A DNA stretch of 64,000 nucleotides from Dipteris shenzhenensis (taxonomy: Eukaryota): the NCBI GenBank assembly GCA_047967505.1, contig CM106538.1; one strand, given 5' to 3'. Of the stretch, positions 1-11,393 are shown piece by piece. A program made the position numbers and the translations under genes. How positions within the stretch are numbered: position 1 is the first letter of the stretch; every line of letters begins with the position of its first letter. The notes beneath the pieces were generated by a model, which was not told where the DNA came from, searched no databases, and saw only the letters and a list, made by a program, of their open reading frames with translations.

Positions 1-296
1 AATGGGGGAATACACACAAAGGTGGAGGCTGAAAATAGTTTTCCTCTTCTTAATTGTGTAAGCCAAAAGAACTCTAGTACAAAGAAATAGAAGAACCCTA
101 TATGTGGGTCTCAAACCAAACTCAACTCACTAAGGTGGCATACTAACTGAGCCACAAACTAGAGTAGATAAGGATAGCTGTCATCCAGTTATTATTCATG
201 GGCGGTGTACCAACCGCATCTCCAGCTAACAGGTTGGTGACATAAATGCACAACAGTCACCCTGGCATATCGCGAGTGGAGCTCGATATCTCAACA
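1..296 (-). repeat. 3' LTR of copia element 1 (partial)
   Basis: Matches 5221-5516 with 10 substitutions in 296 nt by my count. Ends in TCAACA next to the PPT. Confidence 0.96.
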
Positions 297-3200
297 CTCC
301 CCCTCGAGCTCAATCCCAATTCCTGCACACCAAGCAGGTCTCTGAACTTGCGCAGCTTCTCTGCGCCCAATGCTTTCGTGAAGATGTCAGCTACCTGATC
401 CTCTGTGCTGACATAAACTAGATCAATGAGACCTAGTAAAACCTTCTCCCGCACATAGTGATAATGCACCTCAATGTGCTTTGTTTTGGCATGAAAGACT
501 GGGTTCTTTGCCAAATGTATACTACTCATGTTGTCACAATAAATGACAACTGGCCCATCTGTAGACTGATGCATATCATAGAGTAGCTTATGCAACCAAG
601 CTACCTCACATGCAGCCATTGCTGCACCCCTGTACTCAGCCTCTGTGCTCGACAAGGCAATTGTAGGCTGTTTCTTGCTGCTCCAAGTGACTGCAGCACT
701 CCCAAAAGAGAACACATATCCACTGGTAGATCGTCTATCAGAAATGCTACCAGCCCAATCAGCATCAGTGTATCCATGCAACTGTATCTGAACCCCAGCC
801 TCATAAAATAGTCCATACTGCAATGTGGACTTCACATACCTGAGTATGCGTCTAGCCGCATCCAAATGCGGTTTCCTTGGAGCCTGCATAAACTGACTTA
901 CCAACCCAATAGCATAGCTCAAATCTGGCCTGGTAATAGTCATGTAAATCAAACTTCCTACTATGCGTCTGTACATAGTAGGGTCTTCCAGAAGCTCACC
1001 TGCATCTGTGCTTAGCTTCACATTCTGCTCCAAAGGAACTGAAATGGGCTTACAGCCTGTCATCCCATATTTGGACAGCATGTCCAATCCATACTGCCTC
1101 TGCAAGAGCTGTATCCCACTTGGTGATCTAATCACCTCAATGCCCAAGAAATAACGCAGCTCTCCCAAATCCTTCATCTCAAACTTCTGCCTCAATAGCA
1201 TTTTCACATGAAGGATATCTTCATCACTATCACCTGTGATGATCAAATCATCAACATAAATGACCAGCAGCATAATCCCTTTCTCTGTTTTTCTCACATA
1301 GAGTGAGAAATCTGCCTTGGAAATCTGAAAGCCAATAGTGACAAGATACTGTCCTATCTTGTCAGACCATGCTCTAGGTGCTTGCTTCAAGCCATACAAG
1401 GCTTTCTTCAACCTGCAAACAAACTCAGGATGAATAGCATGAACATAACCTGCTGGCTGCTCCATAAAGACCTCTTCTTGCAAATCACCATGCAAGAAGG
1501 CATTCTTTACATCCATCTGATGTAAAGACCATCCCTTTGATGCAGCCATAGCAATGGCTGCTCTTACGGTTGCCATCCTTGCAACCAAGCTGAAAGTTTC
1601 TTCATAATCAATGCCATATGTCTGTGCATACCCCTTGACAACTAATCTTGCCTTGTATCTATTCACAGAACCATCTGCATTGTGCTTGATCTTATAAACC
1701 CACTTACAGCCAATTGCATTCTTGCCTTTAGGCAAAGTCTCCAATTCCCATGTAGCATTAGCATCCAAGGCATCCATTTCTTCATCCATGGCTTTCTCCC
1801 ATTTTTCATTTCCCATGGCTTGCTCAAAAGAAGTGGGTTCTGGTTCCTGTATGACTTTGACCATATAGGCATAGTGAATGGTTGTAAATCCATCATATTT
1901 CAGCCTATCCACAGGATACCTAACCTTGGTAGACCTGCGCAAAATAGGCTCACTTCCAGGTGCTCTCAAAACATCCCTGGTCTTCCTTAGTCCAGGTGTA
2001 ACAACAGAAGGAATACCCAACTCATCATCAATGCTCTGTTCTGAGCCACTGGATTCACCATCCACACAAGAGTGACCTGCATTCACATCAAACATGGGCT
2101 GATCTACCTTCTCTTTTCCTTTTCGTGATACCTGCATACCACTCTCTGCATTGCTTTGTGGGGATTCTCCTGATCTCAATCTACCTGTCCATGGCGAAGC
2201 ATGTGAACCACTGGTAGAGGACACTCCAGGTCCACTGATATTTTGTGATTGATGCTGTGCATTCTGTGCAGCATTACCATTTTGTGCATCTACATCAATC
2301 ATCACATTTACTGGTTTATACCAGCTGCTCATCTCATCAAAAACAACATCTCTGCTCACTGTGAACTTACTTGTAGAAGGGTTATAGCATGTATACCCTT
2401 TCTGCTGCAGAGAATAACCAATAAAGACGCACTTCTCAGCTTTTGGATCCAACTTGGACCTCAACTCATCTGGCACATGGACATAAGCAATGCAACCAAA
2501 AATCTTCAAATGAGAAATATCTGGTTTCCTACTAGTATACATCTCCTCTGGCGTCATGCCATGTATTGCTACAGTGGGAGTCCTGTTCATTATATAGACT
2601 GCTGTAGCAACTGCTTCAGCCCAATAATAATCTGGTAGATCTTTTTCATTTAGCATAGCCCGAGACACCTCTCCAATATGCCTGTTTTTTCTTTCTGCAA
2701 TTCCATTTTGCTGTGGGGTATGACTGCATGAATATTGCTGCTTTATACCATGCTCCTGCAAGAACCTTGCAAACTCATTTGAGAGGTACTCTCCCCCTCC
2801 ATCTGACCTTAGGCATTTTATTTGTAGGCCTGTTTCTTTTTCATCCATAGCTTTGAAAGCTTTGAAGTGCCCAAACACTTCACTTTTCTTTTTCATAAAA
2901 TACACCCACAATTTTCTGCTGAAGTCATCAATAAATGTGACAAAATAGTGACAGCCTCCAATAGATGCAGCTTTTGTAGTCCACACATCAGAGTGGATTA
3001 ATTCCAATGGTTTTTTACTCTCTTGAACATGCCTAGGAAAAGGTTTCCTTGCCTGTTTCCCAAATTGACAGGCTTCACAAATCTTGTGCATTTCTGCAAC
3101 CTTGAATTTTGGCAATCCTGCAACAATATTTTGGGCTTGCATTGATTTAAGTCGCTGTATATTAACATGACCAATGCGTTTGTGCCAGATATCAATATCT

Positions 3201-4636
3201 GCAACTACACCGGTCCCATGTGCAAACATTGCTGCACTCAATTCAGGCATGTCTGCATCCAACGTAAACATCCTGCCCTTCTTCTTTCCTTTTGCTATGA
3301 AGCGACCATTATTTTTCATATCCTCAACAAAGCATCCATGAGGATTAAATCTGACCTGCAAGCCCTGCTCAACCATCTGACCAATAGAAACCAGGTTCTT
3401 GGTGATGTTCGGGACATGAAATACATCAGACAAGTATTTCTTTTTCCCATCCTGCATAGACAAAGGAATTTTGCCAATCTGCACAATAGGATGTGCAGTA
3501 TCATCACCAATCTCCACAAATCCTGGTTTTTCCATTTTTCTTGCATCCTGCATCCATTCAACGTGACCTGTCATGTGGTTTGACGCACCCGAGTCAACAT
3601 ACCATACATCATTGCTTTCTTCTGCACTTGTTACAGAATTTGTCATATGCTGCACCATAAACAAATGCTCATTTCTGTCATCACCCTGTCTACTAGAGGA
3701 TGCATAATTGCCTTGCTGCAATTTTCCATTCATAATGTCATTCTGCTTTTTATAGCAGTCCTTAGCCATATGACCCATTTTGCCACAATAGTAGCATTCA
3801 ATATTGCTGTTTGCATTTTGGCCTCTCTGCCATCCACCACGGCCTCTTTGGCTCCCCCTGCCTCTAGAGTTCCCACGTCCTCCTGCATAGGACTGGTTTT
3901 CTTGCGTTTGCTGCATATTCTGATTTTTACCACGGCCTGCAGATCGGCCTCCTCTACCTCTGCCTCTACCTCTGCCAGCATTTGAGTAGAAGACAGTTTC
4001 TTTTGAAGTTCCTGCTGAAGAAGATGCACCCCCATTTCTCTGCTCTTCAGAAATTAGAAGAGCAATCAACTCCTCAAAATCAGGAAAGTTTTCACGGACG
4101 GCAATGGATGTCCGGAACTGTGCATAATCCTTTCCTAGACCATTCAAGGTCACAGAAACCAAATCGTCATCATCCACTGGTGACCCAATGGAAGCAAGTG
4201 CATCTGCAATTTTCTTCACTTTCATGTGGTAGTCATTTATGCTCAAATTTTCTCTCTGCACATTGTGCAACTCCTGTTTGAGTTGCATTTTCCTGGCTTG
4301 CATATTTGTGCTATACATTTTTGCCAAAGTATCCCATGCCTCCTTTGGCGTATTTGCATCCTGAATATGCACAATCATGGAGTCCGAAATACTGATAGAC
4401 AGCCAGTACATAACTTTCCTGGCTCTCTCATGCCATCCTTTGAATTCCTGCATTTCCTGTTGACTGGGAACATTAGGAAGAACAGGTTCTTCTTCATTTC
4501 CTATAATGAATTCCCAATAGCCTTTTCCCATCAAGAAATTCGTCATTCTAAACTTCCATGCCTGGAAGTTGTTCTTGTCAAGCTTTTCAGTGACAATCTG
4601 TGAAAGAGAATCAGATGCCATTACAGAACACTGCAA
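257..4636 (-). CDS. Copia gag-pol polyprotein, 1459 aa, uninterrupted (gag, CCHC knuckle, protease, integrase, RT, RNase H)
   Basis: Motifs in copia order PR-IN-RT-RH: CYYCGKMGHMAKDC knuckle; WYVDSGAS protease; WHKRIGH/CEAC zinc site; HSDVW, RSDGGGEY and AERKNR integrase DDE; QMDVKNAFL and YVDD RT; TDADWA, TEAEY, CDN and ADIFTK RNase H. The stop codon lies inside the 3' LTR. Confidence 0.97.
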   Translation of the reverse strand: MQCSVMASDSLSQIVTEKLDKNNFQAWKFRMTNFLMGKGYWEFIIGNEEEPVLPNVPSQQEMQEFKGWHERARKVMYWLSISISDSMIVHIQDANTPKEAWDTLAKMYSTNMQARKMQLKQELHNVQRENLSINDYHMKVKKIADALASIGSPVDDDDLVSVTLNGLGKDYAQFRTSIAVRENFPDFEELIALLISEEQRNGGASSSAGTSKETVFYSNAGRGRGRGRGGRSAGRGKNQNMQQTQENQSYAGGRGNSRGRGSQRGRGGWQRGQNANSNIECYYCGKMGHMAKDCYKKQNDIMNGKLQQGNYASSSRQGDDRNEHLFMVQHMTNSVTSAEESNDVWYVDSGASNHMTGHVEWMQDARKMEKPGFVEIGDDTAHPIVQIGKIPLSMQDGKKKYLSDVFHVPNITKNLVSIGQMVEQGLQVRFNPHGCFVEDMKNNGRFIAKGKKKGRMFTLDADMPELSAAMFAHGTGVVADIDIWHKRIGHVNIQRLKSMQAQNIVAGLPKFKVAEMHKICEACQFGKQARKPFPRHVQESKKPLELIHSDVWTTKAASIGGCHYFVTFIDDFSRKLWVYFMKKKSEVFGHFKAFKAMDEKETGLQIKCLRSDGGGEYLSNEFARFLQEHGIKQQYSCSHTPQQNGIAERKNRHIGEVSRAMLNEKDLPDYYWAEAVATAVYIMNRTPTVAIHGMTPEEMYTSRKPDISHLKIFGCIAYVHVPDELRSKLDPKAEKCVFIGYSLQQKGYTCYNPSTSKFTVSRDVVFDEMSSWYKPVNVMIDVDAQNGNAAQNAQHQSQNISGPGVSSTSGSHASPWTGRLRSGESPQSNAESGMQVSRKGKEKVDQPMFDVNAGHSCVDGESSGSEQSIDDELGIPSVVTPGLRKTRDVLRAPGSEPILRRSTKVRYPVDRLKYDGFTTIHYAYMVKVIQEPEPTSFEQAMGNEKWEKAMDEEMDALDANATWELETLPKGKNAIGCKWVYKIKHNADGSVNRYKARLVVKGYAQTYGIDYEETFSLVARMATVRAAIAMAASKGWSLHQMDVKNAFLHGDLQEEVFMEQPAGYVHAIHPEFVCRLKKALYGLKQAPRAWSDKIGQYLVTIGFQISKADFSLYVRKTEKGIMLLVIYVDDLIITGDSDEDILHVKMLLRQKFEMKDLGELRYFLGIEVIRSPSGIQLLQRQYGLDMLSKYGMTGCKPISVPLEQNVKLSTDAGELLEDPTMYRRIVGSLIYMTITRPDLSYAIGLVSQFMQAPRKPHLDAARRILRYVKSTLQYGLFYEAGVQIQLHGYTDADWAGSISDRRSTSGYVFSFGSAAVTWSSKKQPTIALSSTEAEYRGAAMAACEVAWLHKLLYDMHQSTDGPVVIYCDNMSSIHLAKNPVFHAKTKHIEVHYHYVREKVLLGLIDLVYVSTEDQVADIFTKALGAEKLRKFRDLLGVQELGLSSRGSVEISSSTRDMPG

Positions 4637-5165
4637 AATATTCTGTCACTGCAAAAAACACAGCTTTTGCCTCACACGGGCAGATCTGCAAAACTGACGA
4701 AAGTGGTATTTCACCACACAGTCACTTCCTAGTGACGATTTTGCATCAACAGGCAACAGGCATGAATCTGCAACTCCCAATATCTCTGCACACAGGCATA
4801 CGATGCAATTTCTGCGGCACCTTTCCACCGACTAGCCGCGCATTGGTCGCACAGCAAAAAACAGGGCCTTTTTCTGAGTGCCTGCGAAGAACTTCCGCCT
4901 TCAAAACGGGCCCCAAAACGGCCTCAAATCAGAAAAATAAAGTCACTGAGGGCTTTGCCCATGTCCGCAACATATACTGTACTCTCGCCACACCGCGAAG
5001 GGCGTCTCAATTTGAAACAGTGCACTCCTGCACTTCTGGCTGTGCTACTTGCAGAGATTTGCTCCCAAACTCGAAATAGGAAAGCAACACTTGTCCTCTT
5101 ACCAGGACACCACAAACTTGGCTTGCTTTCTTGAGCTCCTTACCACGAACAAGGCTCTGATACCA

Positions 5166-5516
5166 TGTGAAGATTGTGGAGAGAGGGAAGGAGTCTCACT
5201 TGCAGCTTTCTCACATGCACAATGGGGGAATACACACAAAGGTGGAGGCTGAAAACAGTTTTCCTCTTCTTAGTTGTGTAAGCCAAAAGAACTCTAGTAC
5301 AAAGAAATAGAAGAACCCTATATGTGGGTCTCAAACCAAACTCAACTAACTAAGGTGGCATACTAACAGAGCCACAAACTAGAGTAGATAAGGATAGCTG
5401 TCATCCAGCTATTGTTCGTGGGCGGTATACCAACCGCATCTCCAGCTAACAGGTCGGTGACATAAATGCACAACAGTCACCCTGGCATATCGTGAGTGGA
5501 GCTCGATATCTCAACA
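5166..5516 (-). repeat. 5' LTR of copia element 1 (351 bp)
   Basis: TGTGAAG...TCAACA, directly adjacent to the iMet PBS at 5154-5165. Confidence 0.96.
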
Positions 5517-6932
5517 ATTCGTTCCGATCTTGTAGAAAACATTAGAAATGAACTTGAACATGATGTTTTTTATGCACCTATTCTTCAAAAGATTAAGGAA
5601 AGTTTCATTTGTTGAATGGTAATTTATATTGCCGTGATAGACTTTGTGTACCATGTGATTCACCTTTGAGATGGAAAATCTTGTATGATTGTCATGATGC
5701 TCCATTTTCGGGACATGTTGGATATAACAAAACATACAGCAAGGTTCAAAAATCATTTTATTGGCCTACACGAAAGCGTGATGTTTGTCGCTATGTCCAA
5801 GAATGCTTACAATGTCAACAAGTGAAGGTGGAACAACATAAGATGCCTGGTAAGATGCAACCTTTGGATATACCTTTTAGGAAGTGGGAATCAATATCCA
5901 TGGATTTAATTACTAAACTACCTACAGCTCGAGGGGGATATGGTACCATTTTTGTCATCGTTGATCGTCTTACCAAAATGGCACATTTCTTTCCTATGAA
6001 AAAGACTGATGGTGCTCGAGGTAGCTAAGTTGTTTGTGAAAGAAATTTTCCGATTGCATGGGATGCCTAAAAGAATTGTGTTAGATAGGGATTCCAAATT
6101 TACTTCTAATTTTTGGAAGGTCACATTCAAAGCAATTGGGACGGAGCTTAAGATGAGTACAGCTTTTCACCCATAGACAGATGGAGAAACTGAAAGGGTT
6201 AATCACGTACTTGAGGATATGCTTCGAATGTATGTTAATGAGAAGCAAACAAATTGGACTGAATTCCTATCCTTAGCCGAGTTTGCTTATAATAGTTCAT
6301 GGCATAGCTCCATTCAAATGACTCCATTTGAAGCCATGTATGGTCAGAATTGCCACACTCCTCTGAATTTTGCGGATCCTTAAAATAGAGTCAAAGTGTC
6401 TAGACAAATTCTTGAGAGGATGGATGAGGAAGTGAAACTGATTCGGAAGAGCATTCAAAGAGCATAAGACAGGCAAAAGCATTACTATGATAAGAAGCGG
6501 TCTTTCTGTGAATTTCAGATTGGGGAGATGGTATTTCTGAAAGTAATACCTAAACGCAGTAATCTAATCCTTGGGCAGGATAGAAGACTCTCACCTCATT
6601 TCACAGGACCTTTTAAAATCTTAAAGAGGGTGGGAATGCTTGCATATCAACTTGAACTACCTGAGAACATAAAAGTGCATCCTGTTTTCCATGTCTGTCT
6701 ATAGAAATCTTATGTTGCCAACCCAACTCATATTTTGCAAGACAAATCTAGGATCAAGGAGGATGGGACTTTGAAAATCGAACCTGAATATATATTGGAT
6801 AGGAACACGAAGCGGCTTAGGAATAGAACAATAGAAGAAGTTTTGGTTAAGTGGGATGCTTATCCTGTAGAAGATGCTTCATGGGTAGACTTAGATACCT
6901 TACTTACTGAGTTTCCTTCATTTAAACTATGA
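5517..6932 (+). pseudogene. Decayed Ty3/gypsy (chromovirus) integrase plus chromodomain
   Basis: Integrase HHCC (CHDAPFSGH...CLQCQ), WESISMDLIT, VIVDRLTKMAHF, a DGETER-type motif, a GPF module with VHPVFHV, and chromodomain VLVKWDAYPVEDASW. Frameshifts and stops are present, and it is cut on the left by the copia insertion. Confidence 0.93.
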
Positions 6933-6959
6933 GTACAGAGTTCCTGAAGAGGGAACGGA

Positions 6960-8956
6960 TGTGACCCTCCAATTTCGTATATGAAATATTTTGGAATATA
7001 TATCATAGATAGTGTTCAAAAAGGATGGTTTTGATGTTTTGAAGGTTTTGGGAAAGTTTGGTGTTGGTCGAAAAATTTTGGTTTTTGTCCATTATGGTGT
7101 CGGCTGGATTTTGAGTTGATTAGAGAAATAATTTGAAGAAACTCTGTATGAGAAAGTTTTAGATCTTGTTGAGTAGAAAAACTTTGTCCTAGTGAAAAAT
7201 TTGTGGTTCACTCGTTTGCATGCCTGTATGGAGGTCAGAAGTTGCTAACAAAGTGGTTTTGAGCTAAAAGTGCATCTAGATTTCCGTGTCGAGTTGTAGG
7301 CATTAGACGGAGGTCAAGATGGAAGAGTTAGCCATGAAAGGTCAAATGCAAAGGGAAAGAAGAGGGTCCGATCTTCGAGATGAGCTATTGAGCTTGTCCA
7401 TTGGATCTACGAGGCAGGCGTGGTGATGCTTCGAACAGGGAAGTTTTCATGCCTTTTATTAAAAAAAAAAAAAAGAGATGAGATTCCGGACGCGTTTGCT
7501 ATCAAAAGCGCACGCTGAAAGAAGGTGAAAAGCACATGCACGCTTTTCGAGAAAAGCTGTTTTTGGCCGAATTTGGGGGCATTTGGCCGTCTTTTTTTCG
7601 AGTCGTGAAAGGCTATAAAAGAAGAGGAGATCACGAGAAGAAGAACACACAATCCAACGCACGCATATCGAGGCTGAGCGAAAGAGAAGAGAAGGCACGC
7701 ATCTCGAGGTTGCTCGAGCAAAGAGAAGGCACGCATATCGAGGCACTACGAAAGTGACAATTAGTGCATGCGAATCGAGGCAGTGCAAAGAAGAAGATAA
7801 GATCAAGAGTGAGAGTGAGAGTGTGATTAAGATTCGATCATTTGATCATCTGATTTGAACATCTTCGTGTGAGTGAGTGAGAGTGAGATAGCTCGGGGGT
7901 GGACAGGTGGTTCGAGCTCCTTCACGGAGTGATTCTTCTCCAAAATTATTGTGAAGACTCATCAGTTTGATTCATATTGCAATCTCTCTTCTTGTTCATT
8001 CGTGATTATTATCTTGCTACAATTTTGATCGTGATTGTGAAAGAACGGTGCGTGACAGAAAAGCTATCTTTTAAGGTTGGTATGGGAAAGAACACTCTAT
8101 CTCTGTAAAATGTCGCTATAGGAAACTGTCTCAGTGTTGCTATATAACGACCATTCACAAGTCTAATAAGTGTCGCTATATAGCCACGCTCTTTAAACAT
8201 CGCTATATAGCGAAGCTTGCCTAAAGTTGCTATATAGCAACACTTAACGAATCCCGCTTTGATTATCAATGATTAGCGCCCCACGCACGCTATACATGGA
8301 TGCTTAAGCATCGGAATAGGGCCCGTGTGTAGTACTATAGTCTTGTATCCAATAGAATAAAAGATAGTCATCTATCAACATCCATAAGACAAAATAGTCA
8401 TGTGGTTGGTTGGTATAGAATAAAGAGTGAGATGTAGTTCGATATTAAAATCAATATACAATATAGTAAGTTTAATCAATCAACAAAATTAAACATAGAG
8501 TATTAAGACGAAAGATAGTGAGACAAAGTGTAGGTGTGTGCATGCATGTGCACACATCATGCTTGCACGCATGCATGTGTGTGTGTGCATGCGTGCATGC
8601 ATGGGTGTGTGTGTGTGTATGTGCATGCATGTGTGTGCACATGCACACGTGCATGCGTGCATGTGTGTCTGTGTGTGTGTGTGCGCATGCATCCATGCAT
8701 GGGTGCATGCGTGTGTGCGCATGCACATGTATGCGTGCATGTGCATGTGTGTGTGCACATGCACATGCGTGCATGTGTGTGTGTGTGTGTGAGTGCACGT
8801 GCATGCCCTTGCTCGCATGCATGCACTCACACACTCATGCATGCATGCACATTTCTTTTTCAGCTCTCAAGTTTAGGGTTGTGGGTGAGCTTTTCTTTGT
8901 CGATGACAGATTGATTTGAACATGCGTATGCTTCGGGCTAAAACTAAGTCATCACA
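6960..8956 (+). repeat. Putative 3' LTR of the chromovirus (right end uncertain)
   Basis: The purine tract GAAGAGGGAACGGA just after the pol stop is followed by TGTGAC at 6960. A candidate end GTCATCACA lies at 8956. It contains TATAAAA near 7614 and short internal repeats. No second LTR is in the window to confirm the ends. Confidence 0.5.
8531..8850. repeat. Alternating purine-pyrimidine (TG/CA/TGCA) compound microsatellite
   Basis: About 320 bp of GTGTGTGCATGCATGCAC-type sequence, which produces spurious His/Cys-rich ORFs. Confidence 0.95.
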
Positions 8957-11393
8957 ATAGGATTGTCTAGCTATGTGATATTTGTGAATAATTCTCTAAT
9001 GATGAGCTTTATGAATATTTGTGAGTCATTTATACAATTGGTGAGCCTCAAGATTTGATAGCATCTGTTTTCGTTATTAGTGATTGGCCTTTGGTGTTAA
9101 ATTGTGTTCCTCCATAAAGAAAATATAGGAATTGTGTGACAAAAGTATCAAAGTGACAATGTTATCATGGTTCTCTCGATGTAGGACTCACCTGCACAAC
9201 CTTGAGTCATGGTCATGCACACATAGCCTTACAAGTCTTGTCAATGTGTTTGTGGTTTGGTAGTTGTAGACATACACGCTTTGATTTTTATTTTTTTTAA
9301 TGGATCATTGATCTTCTCGTATGTTTTGTGGTACCTTTTAATTTGCCTTTTGGTTTCTTGAGCAATAATGCTTACACAAGCTTAGCTTAGTAGATGAAGA
9401 GGGAGAACTTATGTTTTGCTCATTGGTTATTGGGGCTATAAGGAAGCCAAAATGGCTTATTATCGTAGGTCTCTTGACAAGTAAAAATGTTGGTAAAGGG
9501 TTGTTAGATACTTTGGAAATGCAAGAGTTAAGGCATTGTTGCTTCAGATGTAGTCCATAGCTTTGCAATTGCTTACATAGAAGCATGAGTGTGAAGTATC
9601 ACAAAAGAGAAGACCCAATCCCGCAACATCGTTTGGGAAACTGCATTCAAAGACTAGTTGGTTCTAGATGTCTCGCATCATGTGTTCAATCAGTGAACAT
9701 GGTTCTCAAATATCTCAGGAAACTTTTGGAATGCTGTGGAGATGCAAGAGTTAAGGTGGTGTTATTTCAGATTAGTGCATAGTTTTATGATACCTTATGA
9801 GAAACTGTGAGCATGAAGTGTGGAGATGGGAGGAGGTTTTCTTTTCCAACACCTCAATAAGAGTCATAGTCACTCATAGACATTACTCATCATGATATTC
9901 CTAGGGTGGTATCCCCCTCTAAATATTTGCCAAGGCCAAGTAGTAAATTAGGACAATGAACAAGGCCTAGCATGACACATTGCACAAGATATTAATCATG
10001 GGCCGATTGAAATGTCATGCTCACAGACGTTTGATGTCTAAGTCTAATCTCCTTTTAGAGCTCATATCTAGAGCTGAATGGCTGTGCAGGTTGAAGGCAT
10101 ATGAACCTTGAATGTCATTTGTGACATGTTTCGAATGTACATAACTTTGCGATTGTTCACATTAAAGCATAAGCATGAACATGTACAAAAACTGACATTT
10201 AATAAAATTTCTACATGCTATAATTATGAAATAGCAGTTCAACTAGCCTTTAGGACTAATTTTAGGCAGTTTAGTCTATAAATGGACAAATCACATATTC
10301 TGATTAGATTTTGACCTATTAAAACCGATTATGTGTAATAGTAAACTTTATTCTATCAGGTTAGAAAATGCACTTTAAATTGGTAGCAGTGAGTTGTGCA
10401 TGAAGTGTGGTGAGGGAGTGGAGGGTTGGCACGTGGCTGCATGCTGTGTAGATACGTAAGCACTGAGCAACATTTGAGAGGGCCTCTCCACATCTCGCTG
10501 AGGCTGGGGAGGCTACCCATTCAGCATTGGATGGTTTCAAGGGAAGAACATCCCCGTGTGTCTACCTTGATGAGCTGCAGGTAGGAGCCAACCGGCTGCA
10601 CCTCCTGGAACTTACTTTGTAGGTTTCCAGCACTTGGGCATGAAGGCAGTTCTTGGCAGTTTGAGAGAATCAATACTCCATTCTACCAGTTCAGCTACTC
10701 CTATAGTGGAATGCTAGGCTGGAATCTAGAAAATCTAGGCAGCAAGGGTAGTAGTCTACTGCCAAGAAAGTGGCATCACTCAGCATTTTACAAGCGCGGG
10801 GCTGCTAAAGGTCCTGCTAGTAGGGCTCCCCAAGCACCACTCGCTGGTGCGGGGAGGCCCTCTCAGCCCCATACTTTTATGGTTGTGATGACTCAATTTT
10901 GAAATATTGAAGCATGCGTGGTTTTAAAAAGCCCACGGCTTCCTTCTATGGATCAACTGTGACAACCAGATTGGAATGGTACGGAGCGAATATTTCAAGG
11001 CAAGCCTCATTATTTTAGAGCATGCATTGTCTTTGTCTTTTCTTTTAAAAATGCAGGCAATTCTGGAAGCTTTAACTGCAGGGAAAGAAGGCATCTGTGA
11101 ACTTTGAAGGCTGTTGAATGTTCTGCAGGGAAAGAAGGCATCTGTGAACAGGAGCTCTCATCTTGGGATGAGTTTTACAAATTTACACTATCCGTTTCAG
11201 GGACCTCAACAAAATCTTCAATCAATGTCGCTTCCATTCCACCGCATTTACGAGTTGTCTCATTCCCGTAGCTCTCCCCACGGGTTGATAGACTAAAACA
11301 CAAGGATCCCGTTCGGAGGGACGTTGAAATTAACCAGCTTGTATAACACGACATTAAACAATGGTGTGTGTAGGATTTCTAGTGTTTCACTTT

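Larger units (their letters stand above)
1..5516 (-). mobile_element. Ty1/copia LTR retrotransposon, near full length (3' LTR cut by the window edge)
   Basis: Direct repeats 1-296 and 5221-5516. The full 5' LTR is 5166-5516 with TG...CA ends. A tRNA-iMet PBS (TGGTATCAGAGC on minus) lies at 5154-5165 and a PPT (GAGGGGGAG on minus) at 297-305. There is a single gag-pol ORF in copia domain order. Confidence 0.97.

Noticed and set aside
590-5079. Plus-strand ORFs overlapping the copia polyprotein
   Set aside because: They are antisense shadow frames with no motifs.
8472-8919. His/Cys/Met-rich ORFs on both strands
   Set aside because: They are translations of the TG/CA microsatellite.
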